Assembly (NCBI RefSeq): GCF_963921235.1
Contig: NC_086125.1
Span: forward strand, 7,936,001 to 8,000,000
Origin: Mobula hypostoma
Taxonomy: Eukaryota
Reading direction: 5' to 3'
DNA: 64,000 bases
How positions within the stretch are numbered: position 1 is the stretch's first letter; every line of letters starts with the position of its first letter. Position numbers and translations under genes: made by a program. The notes beneath the pieces were generated by a model, which had not been told where the DNA came from, made no database searches, and was given only the letters and a program-made list of their open reading frames with translations. Shown here in pieces: positions 1 to 11,466 of the stretch.

Positions 1-1700
1 TCAAACTCCTAATGAAGTATAGCCACTGTCTTGCCTTCTTTACAGCTGCATCAATATGTTGGGTCCAGGTTAGATCCTCACAGATATTAACACCCATGAA
101 CTTGAAATTGCTCACTCTCTCCACTTCTGATCCCTCTATGAGGATTGGTTTGTGCTCCTTCGCCTCACCCTTCACAATCAGCTCTCTGGTCTCGGTGATG
201 TTGAGTGAAATGTTGTTGCTAACTGGTATACCTCACTCCTGTACACCCTCATCTCCATCTGAAATTCTGCCAACAATGGTTGTATCATCAGTAAATTTAG
301 AATGCTGTTTGAGCTATGCTAGCCACACTGTCATGGGTGTAGAGAGAGTAGAGCAGTGGGCCAAGAAACATTTTCCTGTGTAAACTGTCAGTGAGGTGGA
401 GATGTCACTTCCAATCAGCACAGATGTGGCCTTTCATAGGAAGTCGAGAATCCAGTTGCACAGGGAGGTACAGAGGCCGAGGTCTTGTAGCTTTTCGATC
501 GGGACTGTAGGAATGATGGTGTTAAATGCTGAGCTACAGTCAATGAACAGCATTCTGACAGTAGTATTTGCATTGTCCAGGACATCCAAGGCTGCCTGGA
601 GAGCCATTCAGATCACATCTGTTGTTGGCCTGTTGTGGCTGTAGGCAAATTGCAGTGGGTCCAGGTTTTTCCTGAGCCAGGTGCTGATTCTAGCCGTGAC
701 CAACCTCTCAAAGTATTTCATAACCATACATGCACATGTGAGCTCTACTGGACAATAGTCATTGAGGCATCTCACACAGCCCTTCTTGGACACTGGTATA
801 ATTGTTGCCCTTTTGCAGCATGTGGGAAATTCTGACCGTAACAATGAAGGATTGAAAATGTCTTTGAGCACTCCTGCCAGTTGTTGGCTCAGGTTTTCAG
901 AGCCTGGCCTGGGACTCCATTGGGCCCTGCTTCCTTGTGAGGGTTCACCCTCTTTAAAGACAGCCTGATGCCAGCCTCTGAGACAGACATCACAGTGGCA
1001 TCGGATGCTGCGGGTTTTCTCATAGCTGTGGTTTTATTTTCATTTTCAAAGCGAGCATAAAAGGTGTTGAGCTCGTCTGGTACTGAAGCATCACAGCCAT
1101 TCATAATGTTGGGTTTTGCTTTGTAGGAAGTAATATCCTGCAGCCCCTGCCAGAGTTGACATGTATCTAATGTCACCTCCAACCTCTCCCGGAATTGTTT
1201 CTTGGCTCTTGAAATAGTTCTTTGTAAGTCATACCTGATTTTCTTGTACAGACCTGAGTCACCAGACTTAAATGCCACTGATGTAGCCCTCAGCAGACTA
1301 CAAATCTCCTGGTTCACCCACAGCTTTTGGTTTGAGAATGTACAGTAAGCTTTCATAGGCACACACTCGTCCACACGGGTTTTAATGAAGTCGGTGACAA
1401 GTGTGGCATACTCATCCAGGCTTGAAGATAACTCCCTGTACACAGTGCAAAGCAGTCCTGTAGGGGCTCCTGTGTCTTCCTGGTCCATACCTTCTTGGTC
1501 CTCATTATTGGTGCTGCAGTCTTTAGTGTCTGCCTATACTCAGGGAGTAGAAGTACAACCAGATGATTAGACTTCCCAAAGTGCAGGTGTGGGACACGAT
1601 TGCACTTAGTGTAATAGTGGTTCAGTGTGTTATTTCCTCTATACTAGTTACTCAGGTGATTCAATCAAGACTATTATTAAATTACCAATGAATTGATTTT
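1..1700 (-). mobile_element. Decayed Rex1/Babar-type LINE (RT region), runs off the window start
   Basis: Broken ORFs 608-871 and 889-1488 carry PTCCKRATIIPVSKK, LNDYCPVELT, MKYFERLV and LDPLQFAY, typical of Rex1/Babar RT; the upper boundary is approximate. Confidence 0.85.
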
Positions 1701-2749
1701 CGATTTAAGTAGGGAGTGCTTAGAGAAAGAGTTGCATTTATGGGTTACAGTGATTAAGGGGCACATTGCACAGAGTCAGAAACAGAATGAGAAGGTCTCA
1801 GGATAGAGAGTACTCTCTGAAGTCAAGGAGAGTCAGAGAATAGACAATATCTAGAGATGGAAGGTAGCTTACAAGGCACCTGAAAACAGGATTAACTACA
1901 TGCAGGGAGAGAGAGGCCAGCAAGTGCATTTAAACACAGAAAGGACAGTATAAATCTGGCATTTCATCCAGTTTTAATGAACTACGTGAATGAGTTCTGA
2001 GCTGTGCTGTTTGAGCCTTACCTCATTTCCCCTGATGTAGAAGTTCCAACCAAACTTAGAAAGAGAATCATTGTGGGAGAAACCACCTACGTACCACTGA
2101 TCACCTTCAGAGAATCTCCAAATTATAGAGCAGAGTTTGCACCAATCCAGACCTCAATCCATCCATGTTCAACAAAAGCCAGACTTGAAGGATTCAGAAT
2201 GCAAGTTGAAGGAAGTTGTGGAGAAGTGGACGGGCACATTTAAGGTTCAATGTACTGTATTACAGAGAGATAATGCAGACGCGCATGGTGAAAGATGGAA
2301 TGAGAGTGGGACTTGCCCATGACATCCAGGGAAAACTGGCATATTAGATTCTGAACTGGCACGTGTGGATGATGAAGTGGTTGGTTTTGTGGTTGGAAGC
2401 TTGTGACCTGTGGTATACCACAGGAATCGCTGCTGGCATTCCTACCTTCTGCTATAAGTATGAACTTGGAGGTGAATGCAGTTGGTTAGTGTGCAGATGA
2501 GACGAATGTTGACTGTTTTGTTGACAGGAGTGTTATTGGCTGCTGGATGATATTGATGAGTTGGTAATGTGGGCAGAGCCATGACTGATGGAATTTAATC
2601 TCAGTTGGCATGAACACAGTGGCCAATGGGAACATCTCTGTGTTGTGTCACTCTGTGACCAACTTACTACTGAACAGGACAAGGGCCATGACTACTTTCA
2701 AGGCAATCCAGGAGTAACAGATTTTAACTGGAGGACGTGACTCAACAAA

Positions 2750-3460
2750 GAACTTAATGTGGCTGAGTTGATGAAGACCAGAGACTGGTGTCTAGAGAGA
2801 TTGATGGGGGTAGTGCAGTGGATGTTGTCTCCATGGATTTTAGTAAGGAATTTGACCAAGTCTCTCATGGGAGGCTAATCCAGGAGATTAAGATGCATGG
2901 GGTCCACAGCAAATTGGCTGTTTGGATTCAGAACTGGCTTTCCCATAGAATTCAGAGGGTAGTGGTTGAAGAGACTTATTTGAACTGGAGGTCTGTGTGT
3001 GGTGGAGTTCCGCAGGGATCTGTGCCCAGTATTACTCTGATTAGGCCACATCTGGAGAATTACCTACCGTTCTGGTTGCCCCACGATATGAAGGATGTTG
3101 AGGCTTTGAAGAGGCTGCAGAAGAGGTTTACCAGGATGCTGCCTGGTTCAGAGGGCATGTGCTATCAAGACAGGCTGGATAAACTTGGGTTGCTTTTACT
3201 GGATTGCCCACGGCTAAGGGGTAGTCTGATAGAGAAGTACAAGAGAGGCAGACATAGGGTGGACAAACAGTATCTGTTTTCCGGGGTTGAAACATCTAGT
3301 GCCAGACGGGTGGCATTGAATGTGAGAGGGGACAGGTTCCAGGTGGATGTGAGGGGTCAGTTTTTACACAGAGTGGTGAATGCCTGGTATGGTGGTAGAT
3401 GCAAATACATTAGAGGTTTTGAAGAGACGTTTGAATAGGCACATGGATGTAAGGAAGATG
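2750..3460 (+). mobile_element. CR1-type LINE 3' fragment
   Basis: ORF 2788-3438 has VDVVSMDFSKEFDQVSHGRL, WIQNWL, GVPQGS, LIRPHLE and LQKRFTRMLPG. Confidence 0.85.
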
Positions 3461-3589
3461 GAGGAGGAATATGGACGTGGTGTAGATCGGAGGAATGGAC
3501 GTTTGGGTGTTTTTGATTTGCTTTTTATGTGGTTCAGGCCAAATGGCCAGTTCCTGTGCTGTTGCTTCTATGTTCTATGAAGCACTGGG

Positions 3590-3965
3590 TGGCTGGTTCT
3601 GGTGCACAGTCTTGAGGGGACCACAATGGCCTAGCGGTTGGCACAACGCTATTACAGATCGGGGCATCAGGAGTTCAGTCCTAACGTCCTCTGTAAGGCG
3701 TCTGTACGTCCTCCCCGTGGAGTGCATGGGTTTTCCCCGGGTGCTCTGGTTTCCTCCCACAGTCCAAACGTGTACTGGTTATGAGGTTAATTGTTCTTTG
3801 TAAACTGTCCCGTGATGAGGCTAGGATTAAATGGGTGGGTTGCTGGTTATGAGGTTAATTGGTCATTGTAAACTGTCCCGTGATGAGGCTAGGATTAAAT
3901 CGGTAGGTTGCTGGTGGTGTGGCTCGAAGGGCCAGATGAGCCTGTTCTGTACTGTATCGTCTGCA
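3590..3965 (+). mobile_element. tRNA-derived V-SINE-like element with an internally duplicated 3' segment
   Basis: Central domain ctccccgtg..gggttttccccgggtgctctggtttcctcccacagtccaaa; the segment gtaaactgtcccgtgatgaggctaggattaaat occurs twice. Confidence 0.7.
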
Positions 3966-4589
3966 GAACCCTGTGGGTGTTGGCCATTGTGCCTGATGTG
4001 TGATCAAGCACACCCGAGTGAGACATGGCTTCAGTTACTTCCAACACCAGCCATGGTGTGAAAAGATTCTTTTTACCAACATTGTTGTTTAATCGTGCTT
4101 CACTGACAAAACACATTTTCTTCAAAATACACATTCATTTCATTAAAATTTACTTATACAAACGTGTTGACTAGAAACACCCTTTTATATCAATATCGAC
4201 AATGTTGCTGAGTGGTAGGAACAGGAACAGCAGTGCTGAAAATATTGTCTGCACAAGACATGGTTTATGGGTGTCTATGTAATGAAACACACAGTAAATA
4301 TCCAGTCACCGGCTGCAACAAAAGCTTAAAGATATGACAGTGAAACACGTACTGATATACCTGTAATGCTGTAACAGAAACTGTTTATAATACAGTATAA
4401 AGTATTTGCAGTTCGATTGAGTCCACAATGTAGTTATGTAAAAACAGTAAGCTCCAGGCAGTGAGCCTGATTATTTCGAAAACAGAACTGGGTGAATCCA
4501 AAACTGAGGCAGAAATGAGATGAATTTAACACGAAAAGTAATTCAGCAAAAGTTAGGAGATACAGGAATAAAATGGACATCTGACAGTT

Positions 4590-5178
4590 AATGTATCACA
4601 CTCGGGTACAGTAATGGTGAGAAAGTGTATGTAATTGTGTAATATGGGTACAGTACAGGTGGGGAATGGTCTGTAATTGTGTAATGCTGGGGTACAGAAA
4701 CAGTGGGGATGGGTCTGTAATTGTTTAATATTGGAGTACAGTACTGGTGAGGACAGCTATGTAATTGTTTAACACTGGGGTACAATACCGGTGGGGCAGG
4801 TCTGTAATTGTGTAACACTGGGGTACAGTAATGATGGGGAAGAGACTGCAATTCTCTAACACTGGGATACAGTACTGTTGGAGAAGGGTCTGTAATTGTG
4901 TGATGCTAGGGTACAGTACTGGTGGGGACAGGTCAGTAATTGTGTAACACTCTGGGGTACAGTAATAGTGGAGAAGGGTATGTAATTTTGTAACACAGGG
5001 GTAAAGTAATAATGGAGAAGGGTCTGTCATTGTGTAACATTGGGGTATAGTATTAGTGCAGACAGGTCTGTAATTGTGTAACACTGGGGTACAGTAATGG
5101 TGGGGACAGGTCTGTAATTGTGTAATACTGGGTACAGTAATGGTGGGGATGTGTTTGTCACTGTATAACACTGGTGTA
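4590..5178. repeat. ~44-bp minisatellite, about 13 diverged copies
   Basis: Unit close to ctgtaattgtgtaacactggggtacagtaatggtggggacaggt. Confidence 0.9.
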
Positions 5179-5332
5179 GAGCATTCCACACTCTGCCAGA
5201 TTCTGCTCTAACTCCACTCATACCAGTGGTTCCCAGCTGGGGGTTCACGGACCCCTCAGTTAATGGTAGGGGTCTATGGCATCAAAAAGTTTGGGAACAC
5301 CTGACTAATAGGTTGCATAGTGGGCTGTATCT

Positions 5333-5527
5333 CACTGAGTCAGTGTACAGGAAGGAGACAGAGAGAGAAATAACTGAATCAGCATACAGGAAGGAGACAG
5401 ATAGACAAATAACTGCATCAGTGTACAGGAAGGAGACAGATAGACAAATAACAGCATCAGTGTACAGGAAGGAGACAGATAGACAAACAACTGAGTCAGT
5501 GTACAGGAAGGAGACAGATAGACAACA
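5333..5527. repeat. 39-bp tandem repeat, 5 copies
   Basis: Unit tcagtgtacaggaaggagacagatagacaaataactgca; explains the repetitive pseudo-ORFs at 5226-5716. Confidence 0.9.
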
Positions 5528-5884
5528 ACCCTTCCCAGTGCAGGCAACACCAAAGAGCTGGTCATTGACTTCAGGAGGTCTGGGTGGGAGTTGGCCGGTG
5601 GAGGGTGGTGGGGTGCACACGCACCTGTCTGCATAACCTGTGGTTGAGACTGTTAAGGACTTGAAGTTCCCAGCAGCGTGGATGAGTCTGTCCTTGCCCA
5701 TCCTCACAGATCCCATGGCCAGGAAATGTCACCAATGCCTCTACTTCCCCAGGAGGCTAAGGAAAGTAGATTTGTCCCTGTTGATGCTGACCGATTTTTA
5801 ATATGGTGCAGCATGGGAAACAGCCTCTCTTGGCTTGGTACGACAACTGCTCTGCCCATGAACACAAGAAACTGCAAAGGGCGT

Positions 5885-6717
5885 TGTCATGTGATTGGCA
5901 ACAATGAATATATTGAGTCAGGATTTATAAACAAACAAACATTTATTAAACCCTGATAAACAATGAAAAAGAAAACGAAAACCCTAACCGGAAGTAAACG
6001 GCAATGCGGCCATTCGGTAAGTCACTACTCAGTACTAGTTCTTAAAGCGATAAATTCAAACACAGTTCTTTGAATGGTAAATTTTAAAGTCCAAGAGATT
6101 TATGCAGTCAATTATGAGAGACTTCCATGAAGTAACGAGTTCCTCGCAGACATGACATCACTGCCACTCCCAGTCGGATCCTGCCTTTTCCACAGGATTC
6201 ATGATGACGGAAATAAAACAGTTTTAAAGGCACTGACCTTTCTCCTTCGTAGAATAAATCTTGCACAGCCTTTCTGCCACTTTTAGCAGAGGCTATCTCA
6301 TGCAGATCACTCTTTCTTGAACGAATTCAATAATGGTCGATCCTTTCCAAACCCGTCAAACGTCTCCTTCAGGGTCCCGTCTTCACTCTCCAATGTTACT
6401 GAAAAGATACTTTAACAAACCGGGCAGTGATTGTCAGACTGCCGGTCCAGACTTCTGTACCTTACATTAGAACATAAAACTCCATTTAAAATCAAAACTG
6501 CGTCATACTGCAAATACACAGCGGAGCGGAGTATCTCCTTGACTTTCTAACTGGAAAACTAACTGCATCACCAGGGGTCTTCCCCTTTTATACCTGTGGT
6601 GAACATGTCATCACGTAACCTCACATCGGCAGGAAAATTACATCAGGTGACCTCCAAAAAAAAATCATTACATCATTCTCACAAGAAAGTCACAAGATCT
6701 CCTAGAGGTATGTAACA
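5885..6717 (-). repeat. Complete 3' LTR (833 bp) of the Gmr1-type element
   Basis: Begins TGTTACA at 6717 directly after the purine tract ttttttttggtgggagg; 6582-6717 matches 9447-9584. Confidence 0.85.
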
Positions 6718-6914
6718 CCTCCCACCAAAAAAAATTGGTCTCTTAAAGAACAAAATTTTAACAATTGACAATTTACAAAAAAAATACAAAGGTATAAAAT
6801 TTACAATGTACACAATATACACAGTATTATCTTTCAGCATTTTACAAACTAATATACAGTAGGAGTCTTACAAATGTTAAAATACCACTCCATAAAAAAA
6901 ATTACATTGTACAT

Positions 6915-8200
6915 TTAACATCTAGATAGACAATCAGCAATTACATTATCTTTACCTTTAATATGAGTGGTCAAAATATTGTACTCCCGTAACATTAAAC
7001 TCCAATTTAGTAATCTTCTATTTTTGTTTTTCATCTTACTCAAAAGCACTAACGGATTATGATTGGTATAAACTGTGAGTGGTTTATGAGTAGTACTGAC
7101 ATACACTTTAAAATGTTGTAAAGCCAAAACAAGAGATAATAATTCCTTTTCTATTGTTGAATAATTTCTTTGATGGACATGAAATTTCTTAGAAAAATAA
7201 GCTACCGGACGATCAACTTCATCACCCTCATCTCTTTGAAGTAACACTGCTTCTGCAGCTTCATCACTAGCATCTACAGCTAATGAAAATGGTTTTTCAA
7301 AGTCAGGAGATTTGAGCACAGGTTGAAAACATACAATAGTTTTGAATTTATCAAAGGCCTCTTGATAAAGCTCTGTCCAAACAAATTTTTCATTTTTCTT
7401 CAAGAGGTTAGTTAATAGAAGAGCAATGTTCGCAAAATCCTTACAAAATTTTCTGTAATATCCTATCATACCCAAGAATCTTCTGAGAGTTTTTCTACCA
7501 GTTGGACTGGGTACTTCTAAAATTGCCTGAACTTTCGCCTGAACAGGTGCTAATTTTCCCTGACCCACAACATAATCAAGGTAGGTCACTGTGGCATGAC
7601 CAAATTCACTTTTAGCTAAGTTAATAGTTAAGTTAGCTTTTGAAAGTCTTTCAAATAGTTTCTCCACCACCGCAGTACTATGTGTTTTCCATGTATTATT
7701 TCCCGTAACTAAATAATCAATATAGGCATCTGTATCTTTTATCCCATGAATCACCTTATTAATCATCCTCTGGAAAGTACCTGGTGCATTCTTCATCCCA
7801 AATGGAAGAACATTATATTCATATAACCCAGATGGAGTTACAAATGCAGAAACCTCCCTACCTCTATCCATCAATGGAACACACCAAAAACCTTTTAACA
7901 AATCAATCTTTGTAAGGAACTTGGCTTGTCCAACCTTATCCACACAATCATCTACCCTAGGGACTGGTTATGCATCAGTCTTTGTCACAGCATTCACCTT
8001 CCTGTAATCTGTACAAAACCTAATACTATTGTCTGGCTTAGGCACCATAACACATAGTGAACTCCCATTCGAATTTGAAGGTCCAGTAATATTATTCTCT
8101 AACATATACTTAATTTCTTGTTCAGCAAGTTCACATTTTCCCTATTCATTCTATATGGATGTTGTTTTATAGGCTTTGAATCTCCCACATCTACATGATG
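6915..8200 (-). pseudogene. Gypsy RT + RNase H (disrupted)
   Basis: PIKQHPYRMN, KIDLLKGFW, PFGMKNAPGTFQR, AYIDYLV (degenerate YxDD), VDASD, YSTIEKELL, YTNHNPL. Confidence 0.92.
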
Positions 8201-8456
8201 TGTAGCTATGGTGGTTCTTCTAGGAACATCTTGAAATAAATCCCTGTATTTAAAAATTAATTGTTTCATCTGCTCTCTCTGCTCTGGCTGGCAATGAGCT
8301 AATTTTTCATCAATATTTTCCAGAACTTCTGAGTTTGGTAATCCAGCTGAAATAACGTTGGGTTTAAAATGAATTTCAGATGAATCATCCATTAAGTTTT
8401 CAGTGGGATCAAATTCATTATTATTGACCACAACAGTCATAGTAGCATTTTGTTTC

Positions 8457-9440
8457 TCATAATACAGTTTTATCATATTTATATGACACAGCTGTGTTGG
8501 TTTTCTTCAATCTGGAGTTTTTAATCACGTAATCTACATCATTTACTTGGGATTTAATCTCATAAGGACCATGAAATTTAGCTTGTAATGGGTTTGTTTG
8601 CACTAGGAAAAGAACCAACACTTTATCTCCAGGTTTAAATGACCTCATCCTAGCTTCCTTATCATACCAAGTCTTCATCTTTTCTTGAATTGATTTTAAA
8701 TTTTCTTTGGCCAACCTACAAACTTTATGTAATCTTTCTTTAAATTTTAAAACATAATCCAGCAAATTAGTGTGTACCTCTTTATTAATCCACTGTTCCT
8801 TCAACAAGGCCAAAGGTCCTCGAACTCTGTGCCCAAACACAAGTTAAAAAGGACTAAAACCTAATGATTCCTGCACTGCCTCTCGTACTGCAAAAAGTAA
8901 TAAATGTACGCCTTCATCCCAATCCTTTTCATTTTCCACACAATATGTCCTCATCATATTTTTAAGGGTAGAATTTAATCTCTCCAAGGCTCCTTGTGAT
9001 TCTGGATGATATGCAGATGAGGCAATCTGTTTTGCTCCCAGTTTATAAACTATCTGCTGAAACAATCCAGACATAAAATTACTACCTTGATCCGATTGTA
9101 TTTCCTTAGGCAACCCAAAATAAGTGAAGAATTTTATAAGAACCTTTTTCACAGTTTTGGCTGTTATATTCCTAAGAGGTACTGCCTCTGGAAACCTAGA
9201 CTCTGTGCACATAATAGTTAATAAATATTGATGTCTAATTTTAGCTTTTGGCAAAGGACCTACACAGTCTACAATGATTTTTGAGAATGGCTCACCAAAT
9301 GCTGGAACTGGTTGCAGTGGGGCCACTGGAGTAACCTGATTAGGTTTACCCACAAGTTGACATGTATGACACGTTCTACAAAATGTCGCTACATCTTTTC
9401 TTAAACTAGGCCAGTAAAAATGTTCAGAAACCTTGTTCAT
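8457..9440 (-). pseudogene. Gypsy integrase (HHCC remnant, catalytic core, GPY/F module)
   Basis: FYWPSLRKDV..CRTCHTCQ, DCVGPLP, SDQGSNF, HPESQGALER, FKPGDKVLV..FHGPYEI. Confidence 0.92.
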
Positions 9441-9446
9441 AGTTTT

Positions 9447-9584
9447 CTTCCCTTTTTATACCCATGGTGAACATGTCATCACATGACCTCACATCGGCAG
9501 GAAATTACCTCAGGTGATCTCCAAAAAAAACCCATTACATCATTCTCACAAGAAAGTCACAAGATCTCCTTGAGGGACGTAACA
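9447..9584 (-). repeat. Truncated 5' LTR (first ~138 bp)
   Basis: Near-identical to 6582-6717; fused directly to the integrase coding sequence. Confidence 0.85.
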
Positions 9585-11230
9585 GTGTGGACACAGCCCA
9601 GCACATCATGGAAACCAGCCTCCCTTTCAGAGACTCTGTCTACACGTCTCACTGCCTGAGTACAGCAACTTGCATCGTCAAAGACCCCTCCCACCCCGGA
9701 CATTCTCTCTTCACCCCTCTCCGTATGGGCAGGAGATACAAGAGTCTGAAAGCACATAGCACAGGCTCAGGGACTGCTTCTACCCTGCTGTTTCAGTACA
9801 ATAGACTCTTGACCTCACAACCTGTCTCGTTATGCTCTTGTACCTTATTTTCTGCCTGCACTACACCCTCTGTCACTGTTACACCTAACTCTGCGTTCTG
9901 ATATTGTTTTTCCTCGTACTGCCTCAGTGCATTGTGTGATGAATTGATCTGTATGTACAGTAACCAAGACAAGCTTTTCACTGTATCTCTGTACATACGA
10001 CGATAATGCACTCATTCCAATTCCAGTTCCAGAGCACAAGCTCCTCTGGCAGTAACCACAATTTCAATGGACTCTCAGAACTATTCTGGCTGCAAGATTA
10101 TTGGAATTACTCTCCCTCCCAGATCCGACCTTGTTCTAAATGCAGAGCATGAATGGTAGTCAAGTGTTTAACAAAGCTAGACAAATATATGCCAATATTT
10201 ATGCATATTTGACACCATATCTCTACTTTGAACTTTAATTTTATATTAGTTTTTACTATTGTTGTTTTTGTTGCAGGTCACACCAACACACAGAAAATTC
10301 CTAATTGTATATGGCAAATAAAATTGATTCTCTCTTTATTAAGATATTTCTTTAAAATGAATATTGCTTTGTCCTTGGCTTTTCACACCTGCCTATCACC
10401 TCCCCCTGGTGCTCCTCCTCTCTCCCTTTCTCCTCTGGTCAACGAACCTGTCCTATCGGATTCCTCCTTCTCCAGCCCTATACCATTCCCACCCACCTGG
10501 CTTCACCTCTCATCTTCTAAATATTTTCCTTCCCCTCACCCTATGTTTAATTCTGCTCCTCCCAGAACCAGACACCGATCGACACCAGGGGATGATTAAA
10601 AAGCAAGAGAGAGACACCTTGTGGTCTGGGAAGGGAACTGCAGAGTTTAACACTGAAGGCAGCTGCAGGCACAGCTCCCCCTAGTGCAGGGATGAATCAG
10701 CAATGGGCAGTCAGAAAGTCCTCGGGGAGTTGTGTAACTGGAGGAGATTACAGGGATAGAAAGCAATCCAATATCGACTATTTAAACCAGAGGATGAGAA
10801 TGTTGCGAAAGGTGTTGCCTCACATTTTATCCACTTGTAACATAATATAAAGACAATATTTGTGTCATTTAAGCAAATAGTTACCACAGAAGTAGATGAT
10901 TGCAACACGTGAACAAGTCTGTGATCCAACGGTAATTTCCATGAGTGGGACGGAAGGTTGTCAGGCTCAGATGGCCTTACTGCTAAAATAGCCTTGATGC
11001 CCATGTTCAGGGGGTGACTCCGTGTTCGTAGAAATCCAAATCAACTTTTGAATGAATTGATTTAAAACAGCCCGGAAATCAACACTCTTGGGAATGTCCC
11101 TGCATTTAGCACAGTATATGTTGCCGGTAGACTGTAGTATTAGAATCAGTAGTCTCCCTCAGTAACAATATTCATTAAATTATTGTTTTATCTGTGCAGA
11201 ATTGATCGGTGTAACATCATGTATATTAGT

Positions 11231-11466
11231 TTATGAGTGGTTATTGTTTAGAACTCCGTCTGAATTCACTTCTGTTAAAGGAAAAGATTCCTGATCAATC
11301 CCAGAAGGGGTTTCCTGATTGTTATGGGGTGCTGCATTCTGGACCACATAATGCCCTGTTTTCTGAGCTCTGTTTCTTAGGATGCAGACGATGACCAGCA
11401 CGACTAACAGTATTAGGATGAGTACCAAGATTACCAGCACCACCTTCCAAACATTATCTGGGGAAC
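11231..11466 (-). CDS. Exon 11: transmembrane helix, cytoplasmic tail and stop
   Basis: ttttgtgcag|GT TCC CCA; VVLVILVLILILLVVLVIVCIL then RNRAQKTGHYVVQNA (basic stop-transfer plus a VCAM-like KxGxY..A motif); TAA at 11233-11231. Confidence 0.92.

Larger units (their letters stand above)
5885..9584 (-). mobile_element. Gmr1-type Ty3/Gypsy LTR retrotransposon, internally deleted, inserted into a LINE 3' fragment
   Basis: TG..CA termini; 4-bp TSD gcgt/gtgt; pol order IN then RT then RNase H; the flanks (aaactgcaaagggcgt | gtgtggacacagccc) rejoin into one LINE sequence. Confidence 0.9.

Noticed and set aside
2004-2322. Unique, somewhat coding-looking stretch
   Set aside because: Two overlapping short frames, no recognisable domain and only a weak donor; cannot be supported without homology search or RNA data.
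5226-5716. ORFs with 13-aa repeats (ESVYRKETDRQIT)
   Set aside because: Open frames on both strands are a by-product of a 39-bp tandem repeat; no splice or domain support.
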